Assembly: GCA_010909165.1 (NCBI GenBank) | Contig: VJWM01000388.1 | Span: 1 to 24,135, forward strand | Reading direction: 5' to 3' | Length of the DNA: 24,135 nucleotides | Source of the DNA: Anthoceros angustus | Taxonomy: Eukaryota; Plantae; Anthocerotophyta | Shown here: one piece after another, positions 10,519 through 20,356 of the stretch | How positions within the stretch are numbered: position 1 is the stretch's first letter | Layout: every line of letters begins with the position of its first letter | Program-made: the position numbers and the translations under genes | The notes under the pieces: model-generated | What the model was told of the DNA's origin: nothing | Database searches by the model: none | What the model saw: only the letters and a program-made list of their open reading frames with translations

Positions 10519-11637
10519 TCAGGCCTTTCCAATTTCTTTTTCACTCATGCAAACCTCCTTGGCCCAGGGAGATATTCCTCGGCGGTGTGGCTCATGGGTG
10601 AGCTCCTCTTACACATCGCGCATACTTCCATGCATACTCGCTGGAATGAATTCGCACCTCTTGTCGCCTCAATAGAAATACAATGGCGGCGACAACAAAG
10701 TAGCCATCAAAGATGTCCCACTCCCGAACAAGCATCTACTATCCAATCGCCTTCCTTAGAGAATGTCTTGATGAGCTTCATCATCAACCCCAAGGCCTTT
10801 GGTAGGGCGGACAACAAGTTTGTCGAGTGAATGATATAAGTTTCTTCACCCGGTTTAAGTGGCCAATCGCAATCTTCCATTGTTAAATTGTGCAAAGCAT
10901 TGATTTACATGACGCATTGCCGTTGTTGTCTTCTCAAACCCCATCCTCATGCATACTCAGCGGTAGTGTCGAAACCACCTTTGTCATTGTTTACGTTTAT
11001 CTTGTCCCAGACAAACGAAACGAGTCCCCCTTTTTGGCACCACTTCCGCATTGCCTCCCTCACCAAATGGGCATCTTCAACACCATTCATGATTATCCGA
11101 TACTGATCACATTTTGTTAAATCATGGAAGGCATGCAAAACATTTCCCACTTGCCAAGCATCAAAACGGGGGTCCTTTGAGCCTTTCTCAGAACCACGGG
11201 GCACATCCATCACAAACAAAAAGTACCTTCTCTTCCTCACGTACCCTCACATGTCGAGGATATCTCACCATGTACCCGATATCGCACCTTTTCTCGAATG
11301 TGGAGCAGTGAATTGAAGGAGTCCATCCTCTATGTCTCGGTCTACTAGTTGTCTTTGCTCATCTTCTAAGCCCTTCCATGTGTTCACCTCATAAATGAAT
11401 TATTGAAAATTCTCGGGCACTTTCGCACCTCAATATCATACATTCTGCACATGACGGAAACCAATATCGGCGTGGCTGCGGTCTTCAATCTCGAATCCAG
11501 GAAGATGTCGGCCGGAGGAGTTCCGGCCAAATGAAGGGGTCCCCATGGGCGCGGCATGGCACCCTCGATCTCGGCTCTTGGGGCCGGGGCATCGCGCACC
11601 CTTTGCCTCAAAAGGCGGGAACCCAGGGGCGCCGCAT
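10519..11637 (-). CDS. Beta-class N4-cytosine/N6-adenine DNA methyltransferase (N6_N4_Mtase family), copy 1, frameshifted as assembled, ~370 aa reconstructed
   Basis: Motifs in order: DILDM..EEEKVLLFVMDVP(R)G (motif III-IV equivalent, 11196-11207); VGNVLHAFHDLTK; FVWDKINVNNDKGGFDTTAEY; (Q)RPLGLMMKLIKTFSKEGDWIVDACSGVG-TSLMATLLSxRHCISIE (motif X-I-II, DACSGVG at 10716-10736, compare QKPxxLxxxLIxxxSxxGDxVLDPFxGSGTTxxAAxxxGRxxIGIE). Catalytic motifs preceding the SAM-binding motif is the beta arrangement. The start (11637) and stop (EIGKA-TGA, 10519) are inferred. Confidence 0.82.
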
Positions 11638-11649
11638 CCAGCCCTAATG

Positions 11650-12130
11650 AGAATCATACACAAGCTCAAGCAATAGCATTGATTTATAATAGAAAGTACA
11701 TGCCTTTATGTAGGTAAGGTTGTTGTAAGTTAAGTGGTTGTAAGAACTAACCAATTAAATAACTATTAGAAGAAAACTAGTGCCCTAAGGGCTAAATTAA
11801 TTATTAAGTCCTAGGTGCCCTAGTGAAGAGTGCCCTAATAGTAAGCTATTTTATCACTCCCACTCACTATGAACTAGGGGTGATTTTCGACCAAAAAAGG
11901 GTCAAGGAAAACTAGCCTAGCAAAACTAGTCCCTAACTAAACTTTTAAAAGCATTAAGTAAAACTGAAAATAATAATCACCATTAAAATAACTCCCACTT
12001 AAGGAGAACTGAGGTGAGAACTAATCACCCAACTTTAAGTAATTAGGTTGGATTAAAACTAATTAAAAGTAGTTCAGAAAATATAATAGCCTAATTTTCA
12101 AAAGGAAAATACAAAGGATAATAGGTAATA
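11650..12130. promoter_or_regulatory. AT-rich spacer, putative (bidirectional) promoter region; duplicated at ~13895-14385
   Basis: Sharp AT-rich island. Minus-strand TATAAAT at 11682-11688, about 45 nt upstream of the inferred MTase ATG. GTGCCCTA occurs three times (11780, 11815, 11830). It could alternatively be an intron. Confidence 0.35.
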
Positions 12131-12189
12131 CCCTCCTTCCTCCTTTTCGCGATTTGCGATTACGGATTTGTTGTTTGGCTTGCGGTGTG

Positions 12190-12768
12190 ATGGCGATGGC
12201 AATGGCAATGCGGCCTATGGCAACCAGTACTAATCACGCCTTACGGGAGGCGCACACGTGGGCGCCATCGTGCCGTAGTCGCCGCCACCCTCTCCCAGCG
12301 GCCGCTCGCTCAGCCGTGCGAGGCCCTCCTAGCGCCAGGCGTCCTTGCGGCGAGGATGCTCATGGGCGTTTCTTTGGCGCTCTAATAGAAAGGTAAAGAG
12401 GGCGCCCTACTGCAGATGCCCATAGTCGGCGTTCCGCTGCCAATGGAGAGTCTCCGCCTCCACAGACCTCGTCTCTCTGCACTTTCAAAAGAAGACTCAC
12501 ATTGATCATTGATCGACCTCATCCTTGGAGGATGAAGCTGAAACGAGGGCCTTAGGATCCTACACAAGGCAGCGTTCTAGCACGAAAAGAGGGCATGTCC
12601 GAGAATGTGAGATTATGCCTTGAATTTGCCATTTCTCCTAGGATGCATAGATTTGTAAAGCAAATGCTGGATATGTCTACCAAAGGGAAGCACAACCTAG
12701 TTGGCGAGGATGTGCCCCCTCAAATCCCTCCCGCCTCCCCTCCCCCTCTTCAATCAATGATGCTCCTT
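12190..12768 (+). pseudogene. Unassigned low-complexity ORF divergent from the MTase (second copy 14449-15063)
   Basis: Starts with MAMAMAM, after a ttggcttgcAG acceptor-like site (14443 in copy 2). Contains RDAHGRF, TPTLIIDLTSSLEDEAET, KKRR and a Pro-rich end. It is cut at the duplication boundary. Confidence 0.3.
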
Positions 12769-12785
12769 GACAAGAGGCTGTCCCA

Positions 12786-13883
12786 GCCTTTCCAATTTCT
12801 TTTTCACTCATGCAAACCTCCTTGGCCCAGGCGAGATATTCCTCGGCGGTGTGGCTCATGGGTGAGCTCCTCTTACACATCGCATACTTCATATCCATGC
12901 ACTCGCGGAATGAATTCACACCTCTTGTCGCCTCAATAGAAATACAATGGCGGCGGACAACAAAGTAGCCATCAAAGATGTCCCACTCACGAACAAGCAT
13001 CTACTATCCAATCGCCTTCCTTAGAGAATGTCTTGATGAGCTTCATCATCAACCCCAAAGGCCTTTGGTAGGAGCGGACAACAAGTTTGTCGAGTGAATG
13101 ATATAGCTTCTTCACCAGTTTAAGTGGCCAATCACCAATCTTCCATTGTTAAATGTTATGCAAAGCATTCGGTAACATGATGCCCATTGCGGTCACTTGT
13201 CTTCTCAAACCCCATCCTCATCACATACTCAGCGGTAGTGTCGAAACCACCTTTGTCATTGTTTACGTTTATCTTGTCCGGACAAAGCGAAGCGAGTCCC
13301 CCTTTTGGCACCACTTCGCATTGCCTCCCTCACCAAATGGGCATCTTCAACACCATTCATGATTATCCGATCGATCACATTTTGTTAAATCATGGAAGGC
13401 ATGCAAAACATTTCCCACTTGCGCATCAAAGCGGGGTCCTTTGAGCCTTTCTCAACCCACGGGCACATCCATCACAAACAAAAGTACCTTCTCTTCCTCA
13501 CGTGCCCTCCACATGTCGAGGATATCTATGCACCGATATCGCACCTTTTCTCGTAATGTGGAACAGTGAATTGAAGGAGTCCATCCTCTATGTCTCGGTC
13601 TACTAGTTGTCTTTGCTCATCTTCTAAGCCCTTCCATGTGTTCACCTCATAAATGAATTGTTGAAAATTCTCGGGCACGTGACACCTCAATATCCTTACG
13701 CACATGGCGGAAACCAATATCGGCGTGCTGCGGTCTTCAATCTCGAATCCGAAGATGTCGGTGAGTTCCGGCCAAATGATGGGTCCCCATGGGGGCGCAT
13801 GCACCCTCCCGATTGGCTCTCGGCTCTTGGGGCCGGGCGCCCGGCACCCTTTGCCTCAAAGGAACCCAAGGGGAGGCCGACAT
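12786..13883 (-). CDS. Beta-class N4/N6 DNA methyltransferase, copy 2, frameshifted as assembled, lacking the copy-1 stop
   Basis: Same motifs as copy 1: EEEKVLLFVMDVP (13461-13469), YQRPLGLMMKLIKTFSKEGDWIVDACS, RHCISIE. A GGA>TGA change lies in motif I (12981-13001) at a CCG/CG site. Most frameshifts fall at different positions than in copy 1. Confidence 0.78.
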
Positions 13884-15063
13884 CTCAGCCCTAATGAGAA
13901 TCATACACAAGCTCAAGCAATAGCATTGATTTATAATAGAAAGTACATGCCTTTATGTAGGTAAGGTTGTTGTAACCGTTAAGTGGTTGTAAGAACTAAC
14001 CAATTAAATAACTATTAGAAGAAACTACTTAGTGCCCTAAGGGCTAAATTAATTATTAAGTCCTAGGTGCCCTAGTGAAGAGTGCCCTAATAGTAAGCTA
14101 TTTTATCACTCCCACTCACTATGAACTAGGGGTGATTTTCGACCAAAAAGGGTCAAGGAAAACTAGCCTAGCAAAACTAGTCCCTAACTAAACTTTACTT
14201 AAAAGCATTAAGTAAAACTGAAAATAATAATCACCATTAAAATAACTCCCACTTAAGGAGAACTGAGGTGAGAACTAATCACCCAACTTTAAGTAATTAG
14301 GTTGGATTAAAACTAATTAAAAGTAGTTAGAAAATATAATAGCCTAATTTTCAAAAAGGAAAATACAAAGGATAATAGGTAATACCCCTCCTTCCTCCTT
14401 TTCGCGATTTGCGATTCTGACAGTTTTGTTGTTTGGCTTGCAGGTGTGATGGCGATGGCAATGGCAATGGCGACAGCTATGGCAACCCAGGGCGTGCCTA
14501 ATCCTGCCCACGGGAGGAGGCGCACACGTGGAGGCGCCATCGTGCCGTAGTCCTTCGCCGCGCGACCCCTCTCCACCGCGCGGCCGCTCCGCTGCAGGCC
14601 GTGCAGGCCCTCCTAGCGCCCAGAGGCGTCCTTGCAGGCGAGGGATGCTCATGGGCGTTTTGCTGGGCGCTCTAATAGAAAGGTAAAGAGGGCGCCCCTA
14701 CCTGCAGATGCCCATAGTCGCGTTCCTGCTGCCAATGGAGAGTCTCCGCCTCCACAGACCTCGTCTCTCCTGCAGCCTTTCAAAAAGAAGACTCCTACAT
14801 TGATCATTGATCTGACCTCATCCTTGGAGGATGAAGCTGAAACAGAAGGGCCTTAGGATCCTACACAAGACGCGTTCTAGCCTGAAAAAGAGACGCCTGA
14901 TGTCCAGGAATGTGAGATTATGCCTTCAGAATTTGCCATTTCTCCTAGGATGCATAGATTTGTAAAGCAAATGCGATATATACCAAGGGAAGCACAACCT
15001 AGTTGGCGGATGTGCCCCTCTCCCTCCCCCCCCCCTCCCCCTCTTCAATCAATGATGCTCCTT
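12786..15063 (+). repeat. ~2.28-kb tandem duplication, unit 2
   Basis: Same alignment as unit 1. The AT-rich middle is nearly identical, while the GC-rich parts differ by many small indels. Confidence 0.96.
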
Positions 15064-15732
15064 AAAAATGTCCACCTTTGCCAAATGTGCTTATAGGAAA
15101 GCTTGTTGCCTACAATATGTTTCTAAGAAGAAGCTATGGCAAAAAGGATTGCAGGGTTGTGGAATGGTATTTTCACGGAGACACAAGGAGGCCACATTTA
15201 TCCTCTATGTCGTTATAGTCCTAGGATTCGATCCCAAAGGGAATGGTTTTGTGTCAAGGTGTTCCAAAACTATGGGTTCTAGCCCTACTCAGTTAGTTCC
15301 TACCCAGCCGCAACCTACTACGTCCAAGACCCACCACGTGTAAGTTCGGCCACCCGCCCGTAGACTCGGTCACCCTGATGGGCGGCTCAACCATGCGGTT
15401 GGTCCCACCTGCAGCGCCGCAGCGCTTCTGACTTGACACCCGGCTCCTCGGCGTGATTCTAAGGGTTATAGTCTCACACACAGTTCGCTACTCCAGATCA
15501 CCTCCGGGGTATCCACCCCAAAACTCACGGCGGACGCCTACCTCGGCCACTCACGCCCGCGCCTCACTCCATCACCGATTCGCTTCATTCCACTCTTCAC
15601 CCCCTCTCCTCCCGCGCTCCCCAAACTTTCACCTTCACCTCCCTAGGCTCCTCCTTACCGTCGACTCACTTCCTCTTCCCCTAAACTCTCGAGACACCAC
15701 CACACACAAGTTGCTCTCGCCATCCCCTCTCG

Positions 15733-15820
15733 GGCCACACCCTCCTCTGGAGCCCTACAGGCCACACGGGCCCCTACCACAGGCCACAGACCCCTATCAC
15801 AGGCCACCACGGACCCCTCT
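15733..15820. repeat. Short tandem repeat, 20-22-bp unit, three to four copies
   Basis: acaggccac...cccct at 15757, 15779 and 15799, with a degenerate ggccacacc at 15733. Confidence 0.8.
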
Positions 15821-16249
15821 CTTAGAGTTAAACACAATTTGGTTAGACAGAGGTTGGAAAGAAGGAGGAAAATCTTTGGAGCGACACCATTTGTCTGGAT
15901 CTATGGACTACATGAAATCCTCTCCTTTCAGTGCGTGTGGCGCCCATCACCGCTAGCCACCCCGGATGCGGAGCTTGGTCACTCACTCTCGACCACCCAA
16001 GGATCTCACAGCCCTCTTGTGAGAGGCGGTGCACAATCGGTTGTTGTTGACGGATGTCTCCAATCAACCCCAGATCGACACACGGAAGCTCACACAGAAA
16101 TTGTCTATCCGAGACACGGAAAGGTCTCTTATACATCCATGGAACACCACGGCTCACTCTTTCTCGATGTCTAAAAAATCGGCTATCCACCACGGCGCAC
16201 CTATTCGGTAACTATAGCTCCAGCCCTTAAAACACCCTATCCCTAATCC

Positions 16250-18820
16250 AAGAAAAAGCCCACGACCTATGATGCCTTCCCTCTAAAATCAGTAGCCGCC
16301 TCATGATTCTTGCCTAATACTGACCCATGGGTGTCCCCTCGCTCTCCTACCACGCCTCGATCCGAGCGATTCTCCTCAAAACCTCCACCTCACTTTCGCT
16401 GCCCGTGGTTCCTTCACCTCTTCGAAGTGCCGCTCGTCCATTGCCCCCATGCATGTTATCCGCTCCTCATCAGCACAGCCACACACGTGCGTTCCTCCCT
16501 CACGCTCGGCCTCCGCCTTGCTCATCTCCTCAAGCACCACTTGCGGGGGTAGGCCCGTCCGTTCGAAGAAACCCAGGTAGACACCCATGGCGGTTAAGAT
16601 GTGCAGCGATGGGTTACGCCCCTCCTGTCCCAACAACCACATACACATTTAGAGTGAGCACTCGCTCACCATGCGGCTTGATGAGCATGCTCATCCACGC
16701 GATACAATATGCCCTTCTGCTATAGGGGTCCTTACCCTCTCCACCGTGGACAATCGGGGCGCCTCCACGGAATCCGGGAAGTTGCATCCCGCTGCGCTCT
16801 TGTGTGGCTTCCCCTACGGGTCCTCCTTGCGGCGGTGGCGGTTTAGCCACCGTGGTAGTTCTTTCCCCAACGCGGTGGTTGCTTGACACTCGGTGGTACA
16901 TTCTGCCCTTCTTGGTTTTGCCTCTCTCTTGATCACAGCCCTAGCCTCATCTCTCTCCGCTTATATCTCTCCGGTTTCTTGAACTTCTCCGGGCGCCGGC
17001 ATCTCCACTGTTCTTGGACTCGCGAAACTTCATTCAGCTCCTCAATCGTATGCGCCCCTTTTACTTGACTCACGGGGCCTCTTGTTGGGTGGACATGGCC
17101 CTCCTCATGTCTTGCTCGGTGCCTCCTCGCACTCCCACTGCAGTCCTCTGCTGCTTTTCTCGCTCTCCAATCCTCCAACTTTTCCTTGAGCATCTTCTCT
17201 TGTTGCCCCTGCACACTCAGCCAAGTGAGAGCCATAGCTGCCTGATCGAGAAGGTCACTTTGGAGTCCGAGCCATTGCGTGAAGTTAGAACACAGATTCC
17301 CAAATTGGGCTGTCCCAGTGCCCATTCCCTTCCACAACAAGCCCGTCTGCAGGCTATGTCACTCGCCTCCACTCCGGTGGGGCCAGGAATAATATCTCCA
17401 AAAATGTCCTTGAGCTCCGTAGCGAGCCTTGCCAAAATTAACCCTTCCTCCCTAGGGTTGTTGCCTTCCTTCCTCATTCGTAAAAACTCCCCTAGCGGTT
17501 GCGATTCATCCTCCGCACCAAGAGGACAACCGTTCCCTTTTGCTTTCCCTCCTTCTCCCCCGCCCGCTGCCGTCTTGACACAGTGATCCGAGGTGTGGTT
17601 ATGGGCTCCTCCTCCCATTTGTTCTCCCTTTTGGCCGACCTCCGTTCGATCGTGCCTTCCTCTTCTTACTCTTTGTAACCTCTCCACCTTCATCCAATTC
17701 TCCGGTGAGGCAATTCCCAACCGCTGGAATCCTTCTGAATCCTCCTTAGACTCTTCTTTCTCTACCTTGAGTTCGGCGGTTTCCAACTATGAAGCGGACA
17801 CAACCTCCAACTCAGTTAGGCATTGAATACGCAAACACATGAATCGGAAAGGCGAGATCAAAAGAGGCGAGGAGGGAATAAGTCGCCCTCTCTTCACAGG
17901 CCCTCTCAAAATCATCCTCCCAGTCAATCCGTGTGCCTTTAACCACTTCATGAAGGAAGACCGAAGTGGTCCATGTGATGATCCAATTTCGGTTACGCAA
18001 AAACACAAAATCCACTTGGCCAACCCGAATTGCAGAGCCGAGTTGGCGGGTCACCCATCCATTATTAACCCTCACTTCCTGTGCTTCATGATTGCGATCA
18101 TGCGGCTTTTTAGGGTCTTCTTCCTCAGGGGTCAATTACTGACTCCATCCTCCGATTCCTCTCGCCCCTTCTGCTGCTCGGAAGAGCCTCAATGAGCCCC
18201 AATTTGTGGCCTCTTCCTCATGTCGCCCTCTTGCGACCGATCCTCAATTAGGCGGGCGCATTCACCGTCAATCGAACTATAGTAGCACCATTTCATCTCC
18301 ATGAAGCTCAACTTCTAACTCCTGCACTGGCCGCGGCTCTAACCTTCCATTGGTCCATATTGGGCCGCTGCGTAGAGATCTGCTGCTCGAGGCGCCATTT
18401 CTTCCCCTCCTTCCCCGTTCAAACGCCCTCGGGCTCTACTCGAACCACCGGTTCGGGGAGGACATTATCCCGAGCTCCGCGATCCACACCCTCAGCCTCG
18501 GACTTCTGCCTCGGCGCCTACGGTCATCCGCCTCGGCCGTCTTGGGTCTTTTCCTCCGTCGCCGCCTCGCCGGCCGTCACGCGCCCGATCACCTTCCTGC
18601 GCCACAGCACGGTGAAAACCCTCTTCTAGGCGCGGCTGCATGTGGCGTCGCCGCCCGGCTCCGGAAGTCTTGTCCGATCGCTCTCTCCTTGAAATCTCGC
18701 GGCCTCTCGGTTATCGGTGTGGTCTTCTTCGATTCGCTCACTTGCCCAACTTCATCGACCTTGCCTCCGCCACTAGGGTTGTGCTCCCACGGCTCGTCCC
18801 ATTCCGGCGTGGTGGGCTAA
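16250..18820 (-). pseudogene. Decayed LTR-retrotransposon-type accessory ORF (charged/disordered, coiled-coil segments)
   Basis: Minus-frame fragments include FLHEVVKGTRIDWEDDF (similar to Gypsy-associated plant transposon ORFs), LARLATELKDIFGD and QQEKMLKEKLEDWRARKAAE. No RT, integrase or gag zinc knuckle was seen. Confidence 0.4.
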
Positions 18821-19049
18821 CCACCTCCCACTTCTACGCCCCAAAGTAGCATATATAGACACTTTTATTTCTAAAATGCCAAGGTCCAAGGACTTTCTAT
18901 CGACCTAACATACCTAGGGGTTGACCCAAGGACCAATAATTTATAAAAATATTATTGCCATGGGCCAAGGACCACTTCGAGTATAAAAGGCCTTACCGAG
19001 ACGATTCCTAAGCATTCCATTACACCAACAACAGAAAAAAAACAAAAAT

Positions 19050-19760
19050 TCGTTCAAACCGGCAGTTCGAGAGAAGGGTTAGTGTACATATGGTCTCCCA
19101 GTGCTAATAGTTTTATGGATAAAGGAAAGGTGACATGGTTGTGTGGTGACGTTTGGGCGTATGGGTGGAGCGGCATGGGGAGGATATGACAAGAAGGCGG
19201 GCGGGAAAAGGTGGAATATATTAAATAAAGGTTATTGATGTTTAAATATCCTAATTTCTATGTGGATTTTAGGATCTATAATAACCTAGCATAAATTTTC
19301 TGATTGATGCGGTGTAAACACATTTTGTTTCCCTAAGTGTATTAAAGACAAAAACATGGGCTATTATAAGCGGAATTCTACCAAAAGGTGACCGGAAAAT
19401 AAAGTATACATACTCACCTTAGGTTTAAGTGAAAAGGAGATGTCCGGACTCCTATATATGTGAGGAAACTACCATCCACATGATAAAAATAGCAAGTCTC
19501 CCATGTGAGGAATTTCAGGACATATCAAACATATTTTCCGTAGGTGCCTTTGGTGCTAAGGGAATTTATTGTTTTAATCACATAAATACTGCTTAAATAT
19601 TATTTTTATTTTTAATATAAATATTCCAGGTTCTATGTTGGCGTCTATGAAGGAGGAAGGGGATGACCTAAGCTATTTTGAGATAGAAGAAGAAAATGTT
19701 CAGAAAAATAGTAAGACAATAATTTTTGGGCTAAGATTTTAAGGTTATCTTAAATCGGCC
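19050..19760 (-). mobile_element. Possible 3' LTR of the copia element (boundaries uncertain)
   Basis: AT-rich DNA directly downstream of the pol stop, after a degenerate PPT-like ttagggccga. Contains a TATATA near 19453-19458. Confidence 0.25.
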
Positions 19761-19780
19761 CTAAGGCTCTAGGGTGAGTA

Positions 19781-20356
19781 TTAGGTTAAAGGTTTGGACA
19801 GTGTGTCCATTATACCCAAACATTTCATGTGTTTCCTATGTAACTCAATTCCCAATGACTTTGTTAATAAATCAAACATTGTCTAAAGTTTGAACATAAC
19901 TAATATTTATGGTTTGATCTTCTAACTTTTCCCTTATGTAGTGATACTCAACAGCTATATGTTTAGTTCTAGAATGAAAAGCGAGTTTCGTGCAAGTGCA
20001 ATGGCACCCTGGCTATCACTAAACAAAGATGTAGGCTTAAGTTGAGGATGATGAAGTTCACTCAAAACTAACCTGGACCACACTATGTCTTTAGAAACTG
20101 AGGTTAGTACCATGTACTCAGATTCAGTACATGACAAAGCTATAGTAGGTTGTTTCTTACTTGACCAGGATATTGGTGCTCCTCCCAAGAGTAATACATA
20201 CCCCGATACAGATTTTCGTGTGTCGGGGTCACCAGCATAGTCGGCATCAACATATGCCGTTAGAGTTAATGTGTTGATAGCTGGTGTATGCTTGAACATC
20301 AGTCCTGTGTACATAATTACCTTTAAGGTATCTGAATATACGCTTAATAGACATCC
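19781..20356 (-). pseudogene. pol: Ty1/copia pol fragment: end of RT plus RNase H
   Basis: MSIKRIFRYLKG; AYVDADYAGDPDTRKSVSGY...ISWSSKKQPTIALSCTESEY...DSQGAIALARN; after a frameshift FHSRTKHIAVEYHYIREK; after another DLLTKSLG...LG, with the stop at 19781. These are classic copia RNase H motifs. Confidence 0.93.

Larger units (their letters stand above)
10523..12768 (+). repeat. ~2.25-kb tandem duplication, unit 1
   Basis: Collinear with 12786-15063 from gcctttccaatttcttttt to caatcaatgatgctcctt. The units are separated by 17 unique bp (gacaagaggctgtccca, 12769-12785). Confidence 0.96.

Noticed and set aside
10348-11311. + strand ORFs (10348-10830, 10888-11106, 12595-12939, 13153-13444 etc.) as genes
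   Set aside because: They are antisense shadows of the MTase reading frame.
10200-15063. Bacterial restriction-modification operon or contaminant contig
   Set aside because: No restriction endonuclease, ribosome-binding sites or operon structure is evident. The MTase is embedded among plant-type copia, Gypsy and Sola-like sequence and shows the same CHG-linked error pattern.
15940-15952. Primer-binding site (TGGCGCCC...) here, or a Met-type TGGTATCAGAGC anywhere
   Set aside because: The match is short and is not preceded by a recognisable LTR end. I saw no canonical Met PBS in the window.
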